DNA of 64,000 nucleotides from Coxiellales bacterium (GTDB lineage Bacteria; Pseudomonadota; Gammaproteobacteria; CBDETP01): NCBI GenBank assembly GCA_965242995.1, contig CBDETP010000003.1, positions 18,792 to 82,791 of the forward strand, read 5' to 3'. Shown piece by piece: positions 31,468 to 40,952 of this stretch (position 1 is its first letter; each line of letters starts with the position of its first letter). The notes under the pieces were generated by a model. It saw only the letters and a program-made list of their open reading frames with translations, ran no database searches and was not told where the DNA came from. The position numbers and the translations under genes were made by a program.

Positions 31468-32700
31468 TTCTTTATCTTTTGGTGAAAAAGATTTTTCTTT
31501 AATTAAAGTATTAGTTGCTTGTCGAGGTGGGTTTTTCCTTAATCTTAGTATGAGTATTAATAGTATTGATGAGCTTATACTGGCATATAATCCAGGCATG
31601 TAAAGTGTATGTGTGGTTTTTATGATTTTGTCAGCAATGTGCGAGGTTGTTGTTCCAAAAACCGGAATGGAAAAACCAAAGGAAAGCGACAGAGCAATGT
31701 GCCGTAAAGCAAGCGGGATTAGTTGACCAATAATTTTAAACAAAGGCGCGCATGCAGAGCAGATGAAAAGGGCGTAAATAAGATGCCCGGCAAAGCGAAG
31801 AAGCGATAAGTCCATGCTGTCTAACATAAAAAGTAGTGGTGGTGTAATAATTGTTCCAATTAATCCAATTATAATAAGATTGCTTTTTTCTAGTTTGTCG
31901 GTTAATAGACACGTGAATGGTAGGATGGTAATTAAGCAGAAAAGGCCAAAAATAGTGGTGGTGAAAGCGTTGTGATAGTTTATTTCAGTATAGCGAAGCA
32001 TGAAAAAGTGAGAGTAAATGGTGCATGTTGTGATTTGTATGATAGTGAAAGCACAGGCGGTGAATAAGTATATAGTCTCTTTTTTATGATGAGTTAATAG
32101 CCTTTTTATTTTGTTGAATATTCTTAAAAATTTTTTTTCGCAGTGATGAGTTCTTTTGATGCTAAGAGTACTTAGCAGTATAAACAAGATAGCGATAGAT
32201 GCCCATAAGCAGCTTATCGTGGGCTGTGTGTTTTTTATTTCGTTGAAAGAAAGGCAGGAGATTAGTCCCAGCAAGCAGGAAAAACTGAATAGTATTATTT
32301 TTTGATTAGAGCTTATTTTGCTTTGATTCTTTCTGTTGGCGTGCATCATTCCTTGATAAAACTTGGAGATGAAAAAAACAAGGGCAACTAAGATTATCTG
32401 GTTGAAATCGATGATAAGTATTATTGTTGAGGAAAGTAAAATTAGTAAAGATAGCAGGAAATATTTTTGGCTCTTTTTGCCTGTTTTGTTGGTGATATTT
32501 GAAATATACTCACCAGCATCCATAGAAAATATGCTGATTAAACTAAAGCAGGCAATGATTAATAGGGTGAGTTTTAAAGGTTGTTGGTCAAGTAGGCTTG
32601 CTGAGGCGGAAAAAACCAAATATCCGTAGCAGGCATATTCAATAGACTGTCCCAGCCTAATGGGAAGCGTGCTTATTTTATTTAGGTGAAAAGGTTTCAT
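31453..32700 (-). CDS. AT-rich polytopic membrane protein, about 11-12 TM, possibly an MFS-like transporter. Unknown function.
   Basis: 415-aa ORF dominated by Ile/Leu/Phe/Ser hydrophobic segments. Its 3' end overlaps the dnaE stop by 15 nt. Composition differs from flanking core genes. Confidence 0.45.
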   Translation of the reverse strand: MKPFHLNKISTLPIRLGQSIEYACYGYLVFSASASLLDQQPLKLTLLIIACFSLISIFSMDAGEYISNITNKTGKKSQKYFLLSLLILLSSTIILIIDFNQIILVALVFFISKFYQGMMHANRKNQSKISSNQKIILFSFSCLLGLISCLSFNEIKNTQPTISCLWASIAILFILLSTLSIKRTHHCEKKFLRIFNKIKRLLTHHKKETIYLFTACAFTIIQITTCTIYSHFFMLRYTEINYHNAFTTTIFGLFCLITILPFTCLLTDKLEKSNLIIIGLIGTIITPPLLFMLDSMDLSLLRFAGHLIYALFICSACAPLFKIIGQLIPLALRHIALSLSFGFSIPVFGTTTSHIADKIIKTTHTLYMPGLYASISSSILLILILRLRKNPPRQATNTLIKEKSFSPKDKESTIL

Positions 32701-32985
32701 TTTCTAATTATTTTTGATAATTTCGTCTATTATAGACAGGCAGGATAGATTTTCACATGAGATAACAAGGCTCATTTTGTTGAGATATCTCTTAGGCTAA
32801 GGGTTTTTGTTCTATTTGGTTGATTTTTAAAAAGTTTATTTATTTTTTATTTTTTTTTGGTGTGTTAATTTGTTACACCCTTAATTTTATCTTAAGGTTT
32901 TTATTATTTCTTAAGTGCTAATATTGTTTCTACTTTGTGCGATAGTTGAGTGCTTATTACCAAATGATTTTTATGTTGTGGTTAT

Positions 32986-33010
32986 TTGCTGTTAATTGCT
33001 GTTAATTGCC
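32986..33010. repeat. Tandem 10-bp direct repeat (ttgctgttaa, 2.5 copies) in the AT-rich region upstream of ribD.
   Basis: Direct reading: ttgctgttaa ttgctgttaa ttgcc. Confidence 0.5.
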
Positions 33011-33128
33011 TATTGTTTGGTCTGGCTACTGTGTTAGCGCTTATTGTGTGCTAAGCTTCCCGCAGCTTTTACATGCTTTTTTATGTTTTAATGCTAGGCT
33101 ATTGGACACGGTTTTTTGGTAGGATTTT

Positions 33129-34211
33129 ATGGCACCACTTGTTTCTAATGAGGAATTTTTGCTTCAGGCTTTAGCGGTAAGTCAAGATCGACTTGGTTCT
33201 TGTGCACCAAATCCAGCTGTTGGCGCGGTTGTCGTGAAAGATGGCGTGGTTCTTGCTACGGGCAAGCATTTGCAGGCGGGTAGTCCCCACGCTGAAGTGG
33301 ACGCTTTGAATAAAGTTGTTGGTTATGATTTAGAGGGTGCGATCCTTTATGTGACATTAGAGCCTTGCTGCCACTGGGGGCGAACTCCGCCTTGCATTGA
33401 TTTAATTATTGGTAAAAAAATTTCAGCCGTATATTATGGCTACAAGGATCCTAATCCTGTTGTTAGCGGTGAGGGAGAGAGGCTGTTAAAGGCCGCAGGT
33501 ATTGTTTGTGAAATGATTGCAGTAAAAGAAATTTATGATTTTTATCGTTATTATCAATATTGGCATGATTACAAAGTACCTTGGGTTGATGTTAAGTTAG
33601 CAATTTCATTAGATGGAAAAATTGCCGGGCATGGCATGAGGCCTGTTGCTATTACAGGTCAAGCAACTCAGCGCTTCACGCATAAAAATCGACAAACACA
33701 CGATGCTATTTTAACGACAGCACGAACCGTTATTCAAGATAACCCGCAATTAAATGTCAGGCTTAATGGCAAGGAATTCAAGAAGCCTGTTTATGTATTA
33801 GATAGAGAGTTAAAAATATTGCCAACAGCAAAAATTTTCTCAACGGCTGAGAAAATCACTATTTTTCATGGGCCAGGAGTTTCTTTAGATAAACGCATTG
33901 AGTTGGTGCAAAAAGGAGCGGTTTGTAAAGAGGTGTTAGTATCTAATAAAAAGTTAGATCTTTCTTTTGTCTTATCATGCATTGGTGAAGATGGAATGCA
34001 AAGTGTTTGGGCTGAAGTTGGGGGCGAGTGCTTCGAGTCTTTTGTGCAATTGCAGCTTGCTCAGCGAGGCTTTTTATGTCTGGCGCCAAAAATTCTTGGA
34101 GAAATGGCTTATTCTGCAAAAATGAAGCCATTGGAAATTTTGTCTAATGCAAAGAATGTTACGTGGCTAGCTAAAGATAGTGAAGATATGATTTGCGAAT
34201 TAACTTGGTAG
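33129..34211 (+). CDS. ribD: Bifunctional diaminohydroxyphosphoribosylaminopyrimidine deaminase / 5-amino-6-(5-phosphoribosylamino)uracil reductase.
   Basis: HAEVDAL and LEPCCHWGRTPPC zinc-deaminase motifs, plus a C-terminal reductase domain. Confidence 0.9.
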   Translation: MAPLVSNEEFLLQALAVSQDRLGSCAPNPAVGAVVVKDGVVLATGKHLQAGSPHAEVDALNKVVGYDLEGAILYVTLEPCCHWGRTPPCIDLIIGKKISAVYYGYKDPNPVVSGEGERLLKAAGIVCEMIAVKEIYDFYRYYQYWHDYKVPWVDVKLAISLDGKIAGHGMRPVAITGQATQRFTHKNRQTHDAILTTARTVIQDNPQLNVRLNGKEFKKPVYVLDRELKILPTAKIFSTAEKITIFHGPGVSLDKRIELVQKGAVCKEVLVSNKKLDLSFVLSCIGEDGMQSVWAEVGGECFESFVQLQLAQRGFLCLAPKILGEMAYSAKMKPLEILSNAKNVTWLAKDSEDMICELTW

Positions 34212-34220
34212 GAGTCACTG

Positions 34221-34823
34221 TTGTTTAGTGGAATTATTGAAGTAAAATCAAAAATACATCGTATTAAAAAGATGGCAAAAAGCATGCAATTAACAATTGA
34301 GTCTCCATGGAATGATGTTGAAATTGGTGAAAGCATTGCTATTGATGGTGTATGTTTGAGTGTCACAAAAGCTAAGGATGCTTTTTTTGATTGTGATCTG
34401 TCAGCTGAAACACTGGCTGTTTCAAAGGCGAAGTTTTATCAGGTTGGGGCTTTTGTTAATTTGGAGCGAAGCTTGCGGCTTAATCAGCGTATTTGGGGAC
34501 ATATTACAACGGGCCATGTTGATGCGGTGTTGAAGGTAAAGGCTATAAAATCAATCGATGATTGCCGGGAAATAATATTGTCAGGCGTTTTGTCTGAGCA
34601 CAGCTCGTATTTAATTAAAAAAGGTAGCGTTGCTCTTGAGGGAGTTAGTTTAACAATTAATGATGTTTTTACCGATGGTTTTCAGGTCATGATAATTCCA
34701 GAAACGCTAAAGTCGACAACGTTAAAGGAAGTGAAAGTAGGTGATTTTCTTAATGTTGAATATGACCAAGTAGTTAAAATAATTAGTAGGCAGGTTCATT
34801 CAATGAAAGGGCAGCTGTTATGA
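34221..34823 (+). CDS. ribE: Riboflavin synthase (alpha chain).
   Basis: MFSGIIE N-terminus and the internally duplicated lumazine-binding fold. 200 aa. Confidence 0.85.
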   Translation: MFSGIIEVKSKIHRIKKMAKSMQLTIESPWNDVEIGESIAIDGVCLSVTKAKDAFFDCDLSAETLAVSKAKFYQVGAFVNLERSLRLNQRIWGHITTGHVDAVLKVKAIKSIDDCREIILSGVLSEHSSYLIKKGSVALEGVSLTINDVFTDGFQVMIIPETLKSTTLKEVKVGDFLNVEYDQVVKIISRQVHSMKGQLL

Positions 34824-36034
34824 AAGAAAAGAGTATTTCACGAGTAGAGAAAGCGATAGACGCAATGGGAAAAGGCTTTCCTATTGTGTTAACAGATGCT
34901 AAATCGCGAGAAAATGAAGGTGATTTAATTATGCCTGCGGATAAAATTACACCAAAGTGGATTAATTTTATGGCAACTCATGCTCGAGGTTTAATTTGTT
35001 TGCCAATGAGTGAGACGCATTTTGAACGTTTAGGTATTCCAATGATGGCTAGTCATAATAGAGCTCATTTTGGCACGGCTTTTGGTGTGTCCATTGGTGC
35101 TGCTGCAGGTATTACAACGGGTATTTCAGCGTATGATCGTGCGCACACTATTCGCGTTGCTGCAGATCCAAATAGTACTGCAGATCTGTTAGTGCAGCCA
35201 GGGCATGTTTTTCCTTTGAAGGCAGTTGCCGGAGGGGTTTTAGTTCGCGAGGGTCACACGGAGGGTTCTGTTGATTTGGCAAAGCTGGCCGGTTTTTCTG
35301 AGGCGGCTGTCATTTGTGAAATCATGAATGATGACGGTACTATGGCGCGCACAGAAGAGTTGGTTCAATTTTCTAAAAAGCATAATTTGGTTATATTAAG
35401 CATTGAGGATGTTAAAGAATATAGGCTGCACTGCGATTGCTTGGTTACAGAAGTAGCTCGCTCAAGACTTCCGATGGAAGACTGCATGGGCGCTGATATT
35501 AGGGTGTTTGTTGACTTTATGACAAAGAAAGAACATACCGCAATAATATTTGATTCTGTTATTAGTGAGAAAGCACCGCCACTGGTTCGGTTGCATTCGG
35601 CGTGTTTAACGGGTGATATTTTTGGTTCATTGCGTTGTGATTGTGGAGAGCAATTACAACTAGCGTTGCAAATTATGAAGCAGCAGGGCGGCGTGTTGTT
35701 GTATTTGAATCAAGAGGGCCGAGGCATTGGTTTAAGCAATAAAATCAGGTCGTATGCTTTGCAGGAGCAGGGTCTGGATACCGCTCAGGCGAATGAGGAG
35801 CTTGGTTTTGCAGCAGACGAGCGACATTACTATTTGGCAGCTCAAATATTACGACAATTAGGCTTAGATGAAATACAGTTGATGACAAATAATCCGGCAA
35901 AGCTTAATGAGTTAACGCGTTATGGTGTTAAAGTTAAAAAGCGTGTGCCGCTGCAAACTAAAGTAAACGACATAAATGCTTCTTACTTAAAAACAAAAAA
36001 GGAAAAGTTTGGTCATTGGTTAACGTTAGAATAA
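34820..36034 (+). CDS. ribBA: Bifunctional 3,4-dihydroxy-2-butanone-4-phosphate synthase / GTP cyclohydrolase II.
   Basis: DREGDLI-type DHBP synthase motif (RENEGDLIM) and GTP cyclohydrolase II Cys cluster (CLTGDIFGSLRCDCG). Confidence 0.9.
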   Translation: MKEKSISRVEKAIDAMGKGFPIVLTDAKSRENEGDLIMPADKITPKWINFMATHARGLICLPMSETHFERLGIPMMASHNRAHFGTAFGVSIGAAAGITTGISAYDRAHTIRVAADPNSTADLLVQPGHVFPLKAVAGGVLVREGHTEGSVDLAKLAGFSEAAVICEIMNDDGTMARTEELVQFSKKHNLVILSIEDVKEYRLHCDCLVTEVARSRLPMEDCMGADIRVFVDFMTKKEHTAIIFDSVISEKAPPLVRLHSACLTGDIFGSLRCDCGEQLQLALQIMKQQGGVLLYLNQEGRGIGLSNKIRSYALQEQGLDTAQANEELGFAADERHYYLAAQILRQLGLDEIQLMTNNPAKLNELTRYGVKVKKRVPLQTKVNDINASYLKTKKEKFGHWLTLE

Positions 36035-36052
36035 TTGAAATAGGGTGGAAAT

Positions 36053-36535
36053 ATGAAAGATAAAAAAATAGCGATAATAGTAAGTCGTTTCAATTCGCTT
36101 ATCACTCAGGCACTTTATGAGGGTGCGCAAGCACAGCTAATTAAGCTCGGCTTTAGGAAAGAACAGCTTGCTGTTAGTTGGGTTCCTGGTGCAATAGAAA
36201 TCCCATTGATTGCTCAGCAATACGCTAAGCAGGTAGATTATGATGCTATTATTGCTCTGGGTTGTGTTATTCGTGGTCAGACGTCACACTATGATGTAGT
36301 ATGTGAGCAAGTGGCGAGTGGTTGCCAAAGGGTAGCCTTGGCTCATGATATTCCAGTGATTTTAGGCGTATTGACGACAGAGAATAAACAGCAGGCGCTT
36401 GCTCGAGTGGGTGGGGATCATGGCCATAAAGGTGTGGATGCTGCAAATGCAGCAGTGGATATGCTAAGTATCATGGACAATTTATCGTGTCAAAGGACGT
36501 GCGGCAGTGATAAAAAAGGAGTAATAAATGGCTAG
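36053..36535 (+). CDS. ribH: 6,7-dimethyl-8-ribityllumazine synthase.
   Basis: IAIIVSRFN N-terminus. 160 aa. Confidence 0.9.
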   Translation: MKDKKIAIIVSRFNSLITQALYEGAQAQLIKLGFRKEQLAVSWVPGAIEIPLIAQQYAKQVDYDAIIALGCVIRGQTSHYDVVCEQVASGCQRVALAHDIPVILGVLTTENKQQALARVGGDHGHKGVDAANAAVDMLSIMDNLSCQRTCGSDKKGVING

Positions 36536-37610
36536 ACGTAATCCAATTGCTAATGCAGTATCTGGTTGGTTTGACCGAAACTTTTCTGATCCGGCTGCGG
36601 TTAGTTTGTTTATGGTATTGGTGTTAGCTTTAGTGCTTATTCAGTTTTTTGGCCGAGTTCTAGAGCCTTTTTTCTTTAGTATTGTTATTGCGTACTTATT
36701 AAATAGTGTGGTTAATGTTTTAGTTCGTTGCAGAATTCCATATTTGTTTTCTGTTATTATGGTTTTTTTAGTGTTTATTGGATTGCTAATTTCGGTGTTG
36801 TTTGGCTTGTTGCCAGCGGTTATTCGACAATTAATTTCTTTATTAGATTATTTGCCAACCACGTTGAGTCACGGCAAAGCTTTTTTTGGTTATTTAATGG
36901 ATCGTTTTCCCGACCAGATCAATCAAACACAAATTCAAAATTTAGCAGTATATGCACAGACCGAGTTGGCTAAAGTAGGTCAGGCAGTATTATCTTTTTC
37001 ATTAGAAAGTATTCCGGGAATTATTGAGTTAATTTTATATTTTGTTTTAGTGCCTTTTTTAGTGTTTTTTATGTTAAAAGATCGTAGTGTGATTGTGCAG
37101 TGGTTGGCTTCTTATATGCCTTCGGAGCGTAAATTGCTTCATGAAGTGTGGCAGGACGTTAATCATCAGTTGTCTAACTATATTCGTGGTCGTGTCATTG
37201 AAATTTTGGTGGTTGGTATTGCTTCTTTTGTTTTGTTTAAATTCTTTGGTTTAAAGTATTCCATACTGTTGGCAGTGACAGCAGGATTATCTGTGATCAT
37301 TCCTTATGTGGGGGCGGTCATTGCTGCTTTTCCTATTTTGGTTATTGCTTTGTTGCAGTGGGGGCCTTCTGCTGACTTGTTGTATATTAGTATTGGCTAT
37401 GTTGTCATTATATTTCTTGATGCCAATATTTTATTTCCATTATTATTCTCTGAAGCTTTGGATTTGCATCCTGTAGCAATCATTTTAGCCTTATTGGTTT
37501 TTGGCGCCATTTGGGGTTTTTGGGGAATATTTTTTGCTATTCCTTTAGCTTCTTTAGTGAAGGCTATTTTAGTTGCTTGGCCAAGGGCAAGTAAAAAGCA
37601 ATTGAGTTAA
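36528..37610 (+). CDS. AI-2E family (PerM/YdiK-like) transporter.
   Basis: 360 aa, about 8 TM, with family-typical layout. Overlaps the ribH stop. Confidence 0.65.
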   Translation: MARRNPIANAVSGWFDRNFSDPAAVSLFMVLVLALVLIQFFGRVLEPFFFSIVIAYLLNSVVNVLVRCRIPYLFSVIMVFLVFIGLLISVLFGLLPAVIRQLISLLDYLPTTLSHGKAFFGYLMDRFPDQINQTQIQNLAVYAQTELAKVGQAVLSFSLESIPGIIELILYFVLVPFLVFFMLKDRSVIVQWLASYMPSERKLLHEVWQDVNHQLSNYIRGRVIEILVVGIASFVLFKFFGLKYSILLAVTAGLSVIIPYVGAVIAAFPILVIALLQWGPSADLLYISIGYVVIIFLDANILFPLLFSEALDLHPVAIILALLVFGAIWGFWGIFFAIPLASLVKAILVAWPRASKKQLS

Positions 37611-37616
37611 AGTTTT

Positions 37617-37659
37617 CTCAAGGTGGTGTAAAGTTAAGAGTGGCTTGAGTTTATTTTTT
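37617..37659. terminator. Weak hairpin plus T-run between the convergent AI-2E permease gene and suhB. Possible bidirectional terminator.
   Basis: ctcaag ... cttgag 6-bp stem with a large loop, followed by tttatttttt. Confidence 0.25.
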
Positions 37660-38439
37660 AGCAGCGGTCACTTCGGCAAGTATAGCCTGGTAAATTTTAG
37701 GGTTGCCAGCCACTAAACTGCCTTCATTAAAGAACTGCTGTTTGCCATCAAAATCGCTGATTAGTCCGCCAGCTTCTTTTATGAGTAATGCACCTGCAGC
37801 CATATCCCAAGGTCTTAGGCTGCTTTCCCAGAAGCCATCTAGGCGACCGGCAGCAACGTAGGCTAAATCCAATGCTGCAGCACCAGCGCGACGCACACCA
37901 GAGCTTTTTGGTAGAATGTTGGCAAAAGTTGTTAAATAATGTTTGAGATGTTGTGTCTTGTTATGCGGAAAGCCGGTGCCAATTAAAGCATAGTTTAATT
38001 TAGAGCAGTTGCTCACGCGGATGCGACGATTGTTGAGCTGCGCGCCTTTGCCTTTTGCAGCGGTGAAGAGCTCATGTCGAATGGGGTCGTATACTAGGCC
38101 AATTTCTAAGTCTCTTTTATAGCGTAAGGCAATGGATACGCAAAAATGCGGCACACCATGAATGAAGTTTGTGGTGCCATCTAATGGATCAATAATCCAG
38201 CAATAATCACTGTTTTGATTCTCGCACAAGCCAGATTCTTCTGCTAGGATGCTGTGATCAGGATAGCTCTGGCGTAAACAATCAATAATGGCTTGTTCAG
38301 CCATTTTGTCCACATTACTGACAAAGTCTTTATGTTTTTTTTCAGTAATAGATACAGAGTCTAACCGATCAATGTGCTGACTGATGATTTTTCCTGCCAT
38401 GCGGGCGGCTTTGGTTGCAATAGTCAGCATTGGGTGCAT
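37651..38439 (-). CDS. suhB: Inositol-1-monophosphatase family protein (SuhB).
   Basis: MHPMLTIATKAARMAG N-terminus matches SuhB. DPLDGT and WDMAAG motifs. The start is taken at the Met preceding HPML. Divergent to trmJ as in E. coli. Confidence 0.85.
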   Translation of the reverse strand: MHPMLTIATKAARMAGKIISQHIDRLDSVSITEKKHKDFVSNVDKMAEQAIIDCLRQSYPDHSILAEESGLCENQNSDYCWIIDPLDGTTNFIHGVPHFCVSIALRYKRDLEIGLVYDPIRHELFTAAKGKGAQLNNRRIRVSNCSKLNYALIGTGFPHNKTQHLKHYLTTFANILPKSSGVRRAGAAALDLAYVAAGRLDGFWESSLRPWDMAAGALLIKEAGGLISDFDGKQQFFNEGSLVAGNPKIYQAILAEVTAAKK

Positions 38440-38495
38440 GCAGTTTTTCCTCTGTGGGTAAAAATGAGGGCCTAGCATAGCAAGAACCCATTATA

Positions 38496-39269
38496 ATGCA
38501 AGAGAAAGAGGTGGTTGTGTCAGATCAAGTGAGAATTGTTTTAGTGGAACCAAGCCATCCTGGCAATATTGGTGCTGCCGCACGTGCAATGAAGACGATG
38601 GGGTTGAGCCAATTAGTGTTAGTCAGGCCTAAGCGTTTTCCGGATCAAGAAGCAACGTGTATGGCTTCGGGTGCGGATGACTTGCTAGCCAAGGCGCAAG
38701 TTGTTGAGACTTTGTCAGAAGCGCTTGCCGATTGCCATCATGTTTATGGCACCAGTGCGAGACAGCGTTATTTAACGCGCACGATGGTTGATGCCAGGGA
38801 ATGCGCAAGCCAGGTAACAGAGCAGACACTGTCTGGCCAAGTGGCTATTATGTTTGGTACGGAGCGTTCTGGCTTAGATAATGAAGCCTTGTCTCGCTGT
38901 CATTATCATGTACTTATTCCTACGCAAAAAGATTTTTGGTCTTTAAATTTATCTCAAGCGGTGCAAATTGTTTGTTACGAGTTGCGCATGGCAACATTGA
39001 GAACGCCAAGTGTCGAAAAATCATTACCAGTTCCTCAAGGTGATGAATTGGCTAATATGAAAGAGCTTGAGGGTTTGTGTGATCACTGGAGTGATGTGAT
39101 GCAAACGGTTGAGTTTTTAAATTTAAAACAACCCAAATTGTTACTTGAGCGTGTTAGAGGTTTGTTAACTAGGGTGGTGATAACAAAAAAAGAAATTAAT
39201 ATTTTACGTGGCTTTTTGTCAGCCGTTGAGAAAAAGCTAATATCACTTAAAAAAACCGAGAATTTATAA
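38496..39269 (+). CDS. trmJ: tRNA (cytidine/uridine-2'-O-)-methyltransferase TrmJ.
   Basis: RIVLVEPSHPGNIGAAARAMKTMGL is close to the E. coli TrmJ N-terminus. SPOUT fold. Confidence 0.85.
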   Translation: MQEKEVVVSDQVRIVLVEPSHPGNIGAAARAMKTMGLSQLVLVRPKRFPDQEATCMASGADDLLAKAQVVETLSEALADCHHVYGTSARQRYLTRTMVDARECASQVTEQTLSGQVAIMFGTERSGLDNEALSRCHYHVLIPTQKDFWSLNLSQAVQIVCYELRMATLRTPSVEKSLPVPQGDELANMKELEGLCDHWSDVMQTVEFLNLKQPKLLLERVRGLLTRVVITKKEINILRGFLSAVEKKLISLKKTENL

Positions 39270-40450
39270 TGACAAATGAAAAACGGATTTTTTTAGACTA
39301 TATGGCAACCACGCCAGTAGATCTTCTTGTGCAACAAGAAATGATTAATTGCCTACGGCAAGAGGCTGGTGAATTAGCGAATGCAAGCTCAACGCATATT
39401 GCTGGTCGTCAAGCCAAGCAGGTGATTGATCATGCAGCGCAGCAAGTGGCTGATACCATCGGTGCAAAACCTGAGGAAATTGTTTGGACTTCTGGAGCAA
39501 CAGAGGCTAATAATTTAGCGATTAAAGGCGTGGCTTATAGTTACAAGCGCCAAGGTAACCACCTTATTACTTTGCAAACAGAGCATCATGCTGTGTTGGA
39601 TGTTATGAAGCAGTTAGAGGCGGAAGGCTTTGAAATCACCTATTTACCGGTTAATCAAGATGGCTTATTAGACCTTGATGTTTTAAAAGCGGCCATAAGG
39701 TCACAGACTATTCTCATATCTGTTATGCAGGTTAATAATGAAATTGGTGTGATTCAGCCAATTGCTGATATCGCTCAAATTGCACATGAGGCGGGTGTGT
39801 TGTTTCATGTGGATGCGGCTCAAAGTGTGGGCAAGCTGCGAGTTGATGTTAAAGAGCTGGGTGCTGATTTATTATCATTGTCGGCACACAAAGCTTATGG
39901 GCCTTGTGGTATTGGTGCTTTATATATTCGTTCAAAACCACCACTAAAGCTAAAGGTGCAAATGCAGGGCGGCAGTCAGCAGCAGGGCAGGCGAGCAGGC
40001 ACGTTGCCAGTACATCAAATTGTTGGCATGGGTCAGGCTTTTGCATTAGCAGCAAAGTGTTTGGCGGACGACATGAATCGATTAAGTCAACTGCGAGATT
40101 ATTTGTGGCAAGAGCTACAGCTGCTCGGTGGGGTTGTTTGTCATGGTTCCTTAGAGCATCGTGTAGCCAACAATCTCAATGTTGGTTTTGCTGGCGTTCA
40201 TGGTGATGCGCTAATGTATAGTTTTAGAGATCAAATTTTAGTTTCAAGAAGTTCTGCTTGTACCGCCGCCAGCATTGAATCCTCTCATGTGTTATTAGCC
40301 TTAGGGGCAGATCGCTTGCTAGCAAATGCCTCTATTCGCTTTAGCTTGGGGCGAACAACGAGCATGGGTGAGATAGAGCAAGCCATTGGTATTGTTTCTA
40401 GAGCAGTTAAACAGCTTCGTGCATTATCGCCGCTGACGGAGTCCATATGA
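39269..40450 (+). CDS. iscS: Cysteine desulfurase (IscS/NifS family, PLP-dependent).
   Basis: PLP-lysine motif SAHKAYGPCGIGALYIR and the active-site Cys loop SRSSACTAASIESSHVLLALG. Confidence 0.85.
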   Translation: MTNEKRIFLDYMATTPVDLLVQQEMINCLRQEAGELANASSTHIAGRQAKQVIDHAAQQVADTIGAKPEEIVWTSGATEANNLAIKGVAYSYKRQGNHLITLQTEHHAVLDVMKQLEAEGFEITYLPVNQDGLLDLDVLKAAIRSQTILISVMQVNNEIGVIQPIADIAQIAHEAGVLFHVDAAQSVGKLRVDVKELGADLLSLSAHKAYGPCGIGALYIRSKPPLKLKVQMQGGSQQQGRRAGTLPVHQIVGMGQAFALAAKCLADDMNRLSQLRDYLWQELQLLGGVVCHGSLEHRVANNLNVGFAGVHGDALMYSFRDQILVSRSSACTAASIESSHVLLALGADRLLANASIRFSLGRTTSMGEIEQAIGIVSRAVKQLRALSPLTESI

Positions 40451-40818
40451 AGCAATACAGCGACGAAGTAAGGCGGTTTTTTTTCAATCGACAATATGCC
40501 GGCGATTTGGAGGGTCTTAATGTTTATAAGGCTCAAGCAGGAGCTCTAATAAATGGTGATGTCGTTTGTTTTATGTTGAAGATTGAAGAGGGCTGTGTTC
40601 AAGATGTTCGCTATAAAGTTTTTGGACAAGTTCTTACTGTGGCGGCATGCGCGTTTTTTGCGCCACGTGTCATAGGCCTTCGGGTTGATGAAATTGCTGA
40701 GGCGGTGAGTTGGCAGAATTGCTTAGAAGCATTGGCTTTAAAACCAGAACAGCAAAGCCCTTTAATTTTGGTTAGCGCTGCTATTTGTCAGGCCGCGCAG
40801 TGCTATTTAACCAAGTAA
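40447..40818 (+). CDS. IscU/NifU-like protein lacking the three canonical cluster-ligand cysteines (degenerate scaffold-like protein).
   Basis: Collinear similarity to IscU: YSDEV...NGD(39-like)...KIEEG...RYKVFG. The positions of Cys37, Cys63 and His105-Cys106 are occupied by Ile-Asn, Gln and Leu-Val-Ser respectively. Confidence 0.5.
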   Translation: MKQYSDEVRRFFFNRQYAGDLEGLNVYKAQAGALINGDVVCFMLKIEEGCVQDVRYKVFGQVLTVAACAFFAPRVIGLRVDEIAEAVSWQNCLEALALKPEQQSPLILVSAAICQAAQCYLTK

Positions 40819-40952
40819 AAGCCTTTTGTTAATATTTTTCTGGAATAAAATGCGATAAGAGCTTGCTATTTCATCACAAAAGCGCAATTATTAATCAGAG
40901 GCGTCATTAAATTGACCAAGCGATAGTTGTCTTCAGCTTTAAGGGGGGTGAC

